Position numbers and translations under genes: made by a program
Shown: in pieces, positions 15,648 through 17,257 of the stretch
How positions within the stretch are numbered: the first letter of the stretch is position 1
Layout of the letters: each line of letters begins with the position of its first letter
Source of the DNA: Candidatus Heimdallarchaeota archaeon
GTDB taxonomy: Archaea; Asgardarchaeota; Wukongarchaeia; Wukongarchaeales; JBHIFL01
DNA length: 17,257 nt
Assembly (NCBI GenBank): GCA_046761065.1
Contig: JBHIFL010000083.1
Span: forward strand, 1 to 17,257
Direction of reading: 5' to 3'
Notes under the pieces: generated by a model
The model's database searches: none
What the model saw: only the letters and a program-made list of their open reading frames with translations
Told to the model about the DNA's origin: nothing

Positions 15648-15840
15648 AATTCAACCCTCTTTATTTATCGCAAAGATATCTGTTTTACTTTCTTTTGGTT
15701 CATCAAGAATTTTTTGGCTTTCATAATCAACCAACTTTTCAGAACATCTACCTATAACAAATAGCTATTGGAGTCCCATCGATTAATTTAAAACCCCATA
15801 AGTTTAGCCCGAATACAAACAAGCCAGCAGAGGGCTTAAA

Positions 15841-17046
15841 ATGATACACCAGCAAAAGTTAGTTCTTATCGGGGTAACTTTCGCCCATTCACTTTCTCAC
15901 GCATTTGTGATGACATTTCCTGCCCTTTTACCTTTTATTCAAGAGAGTTTCGTCCTCACATCATATACAGAATTGGGGCTCCTACCAGGGATTCTCTTAG
16001 TTACTTATGGCTTAACGACATTTCCAAGTGGAATTTTATCAGATGCGGTAGGAATTACTCGTGTTTTGACTGTGTACTTGGTTATTTTAGCAATTTGTTC
16101 TTTTATGTTGCTTGTTGTAACAACGTTTACTGTGCTTCTTGTTCTTGTGGGAGTAATTGGCCTTACTGCTGGGTTATATCATCCTCCTGGCCTATCGTTA
16201 ATTTCCCAATCATTCTCATCAGACGATCTGGGCAAATTTTTTGGAGCACATGGCATATCTGGTAATATAGGTGTCGCGATTGCCCCCGGTATAGCAGTAT
16301 TTATAGCGAGTACAAAATATGGTTGGCAATATGCTCTCCTACCGTTTGGTCTGTTCTCACTTTTTGCGATCCCCCTTTTTCTAGCCCTCCCTCTTCAACC
16401 AGAAAGTACTAGCCATCATCAAAATCGTTCTAAACTGATAAACTCTCTTGACTCACAATTTGATGCTGAAAATCCTCCAGTTATCTACATCCACCCATTG
16501 ATTGTTATATTTGCAATTAGTACTCTAGTGGGCTTAATTGACCGTGGTTTGATCTCATTTTTAGCTGTTTACTTAGTAGATGCCCGTTATTATACACATG
16601 CGACTGCCGGTTTTATAATTTCGGGGATCTTTTTAATTGCAATAACTAGTCAGATCGCTTTTGGGATGTTCGCAGATTCTATTGGCCCAATGACCGCGTT
16701 TCGAATCGCAGCTATAGTTATTACACTTTTCTTTTTTCTGATACCGTTCGTTCCTGGGACTGTACTCCTAATTGTTTTGACCATTGCAGCTTTTGCCATC
16801 ACAGGGACCCAACCACCCCTTAACATCCTAACAACAAGTGTCAGCCCCTTAGAAAAAAGAGGCACCATTTTTGGATTCCAGTTTACTGCGGTTTTTGGGT
16901 TTGGAGGGATCGCAGGCTTTCTTGCAGGAATAATTGCGTCATTATTTGGACTTGAAGTAATTTATCTTGTTCTTAGTGGCTTTGGCGCATTACTTTTGAT
17001 CCTACTCCTAATATACCCCCGGTGGGCACCTACTCCAACTTATTAG
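15841..17046 (+). CDS. MFS transporter
   Basis: About 12 hydrophobic segments, motif A variants G.LSDAVG and G.FADSIG, GLYHPPG, and a hydrophilic central loop. Confidence 0.92.
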   Translation: MIHQQKLVLIGVTFAHSLSHAFVMTFPALLPFIQESFVLTSYTELGLLPGILLVTYGLTTFPSGILSDAVGITRVLTVYLVILAICSFMLLVVTTFTVLLVLVGVIGLTAGLYHPPGLSLISQSFSSDDLGKFFGAHGISGNIGVAIAPGIAVFIASTKYGWQYALLPFGLFSLFAIPLFLALPLQPESTSHHQNRSKLINSLDSQFDAENPPVIYIHPLIVIFAISTLVGLIDRGLISFLAVYLVDARYYTHATAGFIISGIFLIAITSQIAFGMFADSIGPMTAFRIAAIVITLFFFLIPFVPGTVLLIVLTIAAFAITGTQPPLNILTTSVSPLEKRGTIFGFQFTAVFGFGGIAGFLAGIIASLFGLEVIYLVLSGFGALLLILLLIYPRWAPTPTY

Positions 17047-17257
17047 AGCGTCAACTCCTATTAGAAAATGTTAAAAATCAATACATCGGAGCTCAAAAAT
17101 AAGCCTTGTTTACTCAGCAAGTATAAAGTTCAGAAAAAGAAGAAATAGATTACGGTCTCCTCTTTCGCTGATCACATTTCCTGCTTATCAGCCCGATTAA
17201 TTTGAGCCGAATTGCAACCGATTAGACCGTTAGGATAGGTCGATGACCTGCAAATCC

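Noticed and set aside
40-17130. AGTATAAAGTT in inverted orientation near both window ends (40-50 and 17120-17130) as terminal repeats of a mobile island
   Set aside because: Only 11 bp and TATA-like, with no transposase or integrase and no flanking direct repeats. Chance or promoter similarity is sufficient.
1-17257. CRISPR array, transposase/integrase, selenocysteine read-through or frameshifted pseudogenes
   Set aside because: I saw no regularly spaced direct repeats or mobile-element proteins. All called CDSs are about full length for their families, with no internal stops.

Overview
A gene-dense, AT-rich window with 14 credible CDSs. It looks archaeal: GGTGA/GGAG-type Shine-Dalgarno sites, TATA-like boxes, oligo-T terminators and a PGF-CTERM-type surface anchor. 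The exact lineage cannot be read from the sequence. The core (4683-15647) is an anaerobic catabolic neighbourhood: the benzoyl-CoA-pathway ring-opening hydrolase bamA/oah, a divergent amidohydrolase_2 gene, a three-gene module (FAD/NAD oxidoreductase, tungstopterin AOR-family subunit, 4x[4Fe-4S] subunit), a cupin, an ECHDC3-like crotonase, a HEAT-repeat protein, a class I aminotransferase and a LeuA/homocitrate-synthase-like enzyme, followed by an MFS transporter. Three of these enzymes carry non-canonical active-site motifs: the AOR has EYT instead of EYE, the crotonase lacks both catalytic Glu, and the LeuA-like protein lacks HESGIH. This suggests uncharacterised chemistry that may feed archaeal anaerobic aromatic degradation. 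The left part encodes a QueG-like Fe-S protein, an HD hydrolase and an 868-aa surface protein made of a tandemly duplicated ~285-aa unknown domain, two Ig-like domains and a PGF anchor. Both window edges contain possible truncated structured RNAs (low confidence). No CRISPR array, transposase or complete tRNA was seen. All family calls come from motif recognition by eye, not from database searches.
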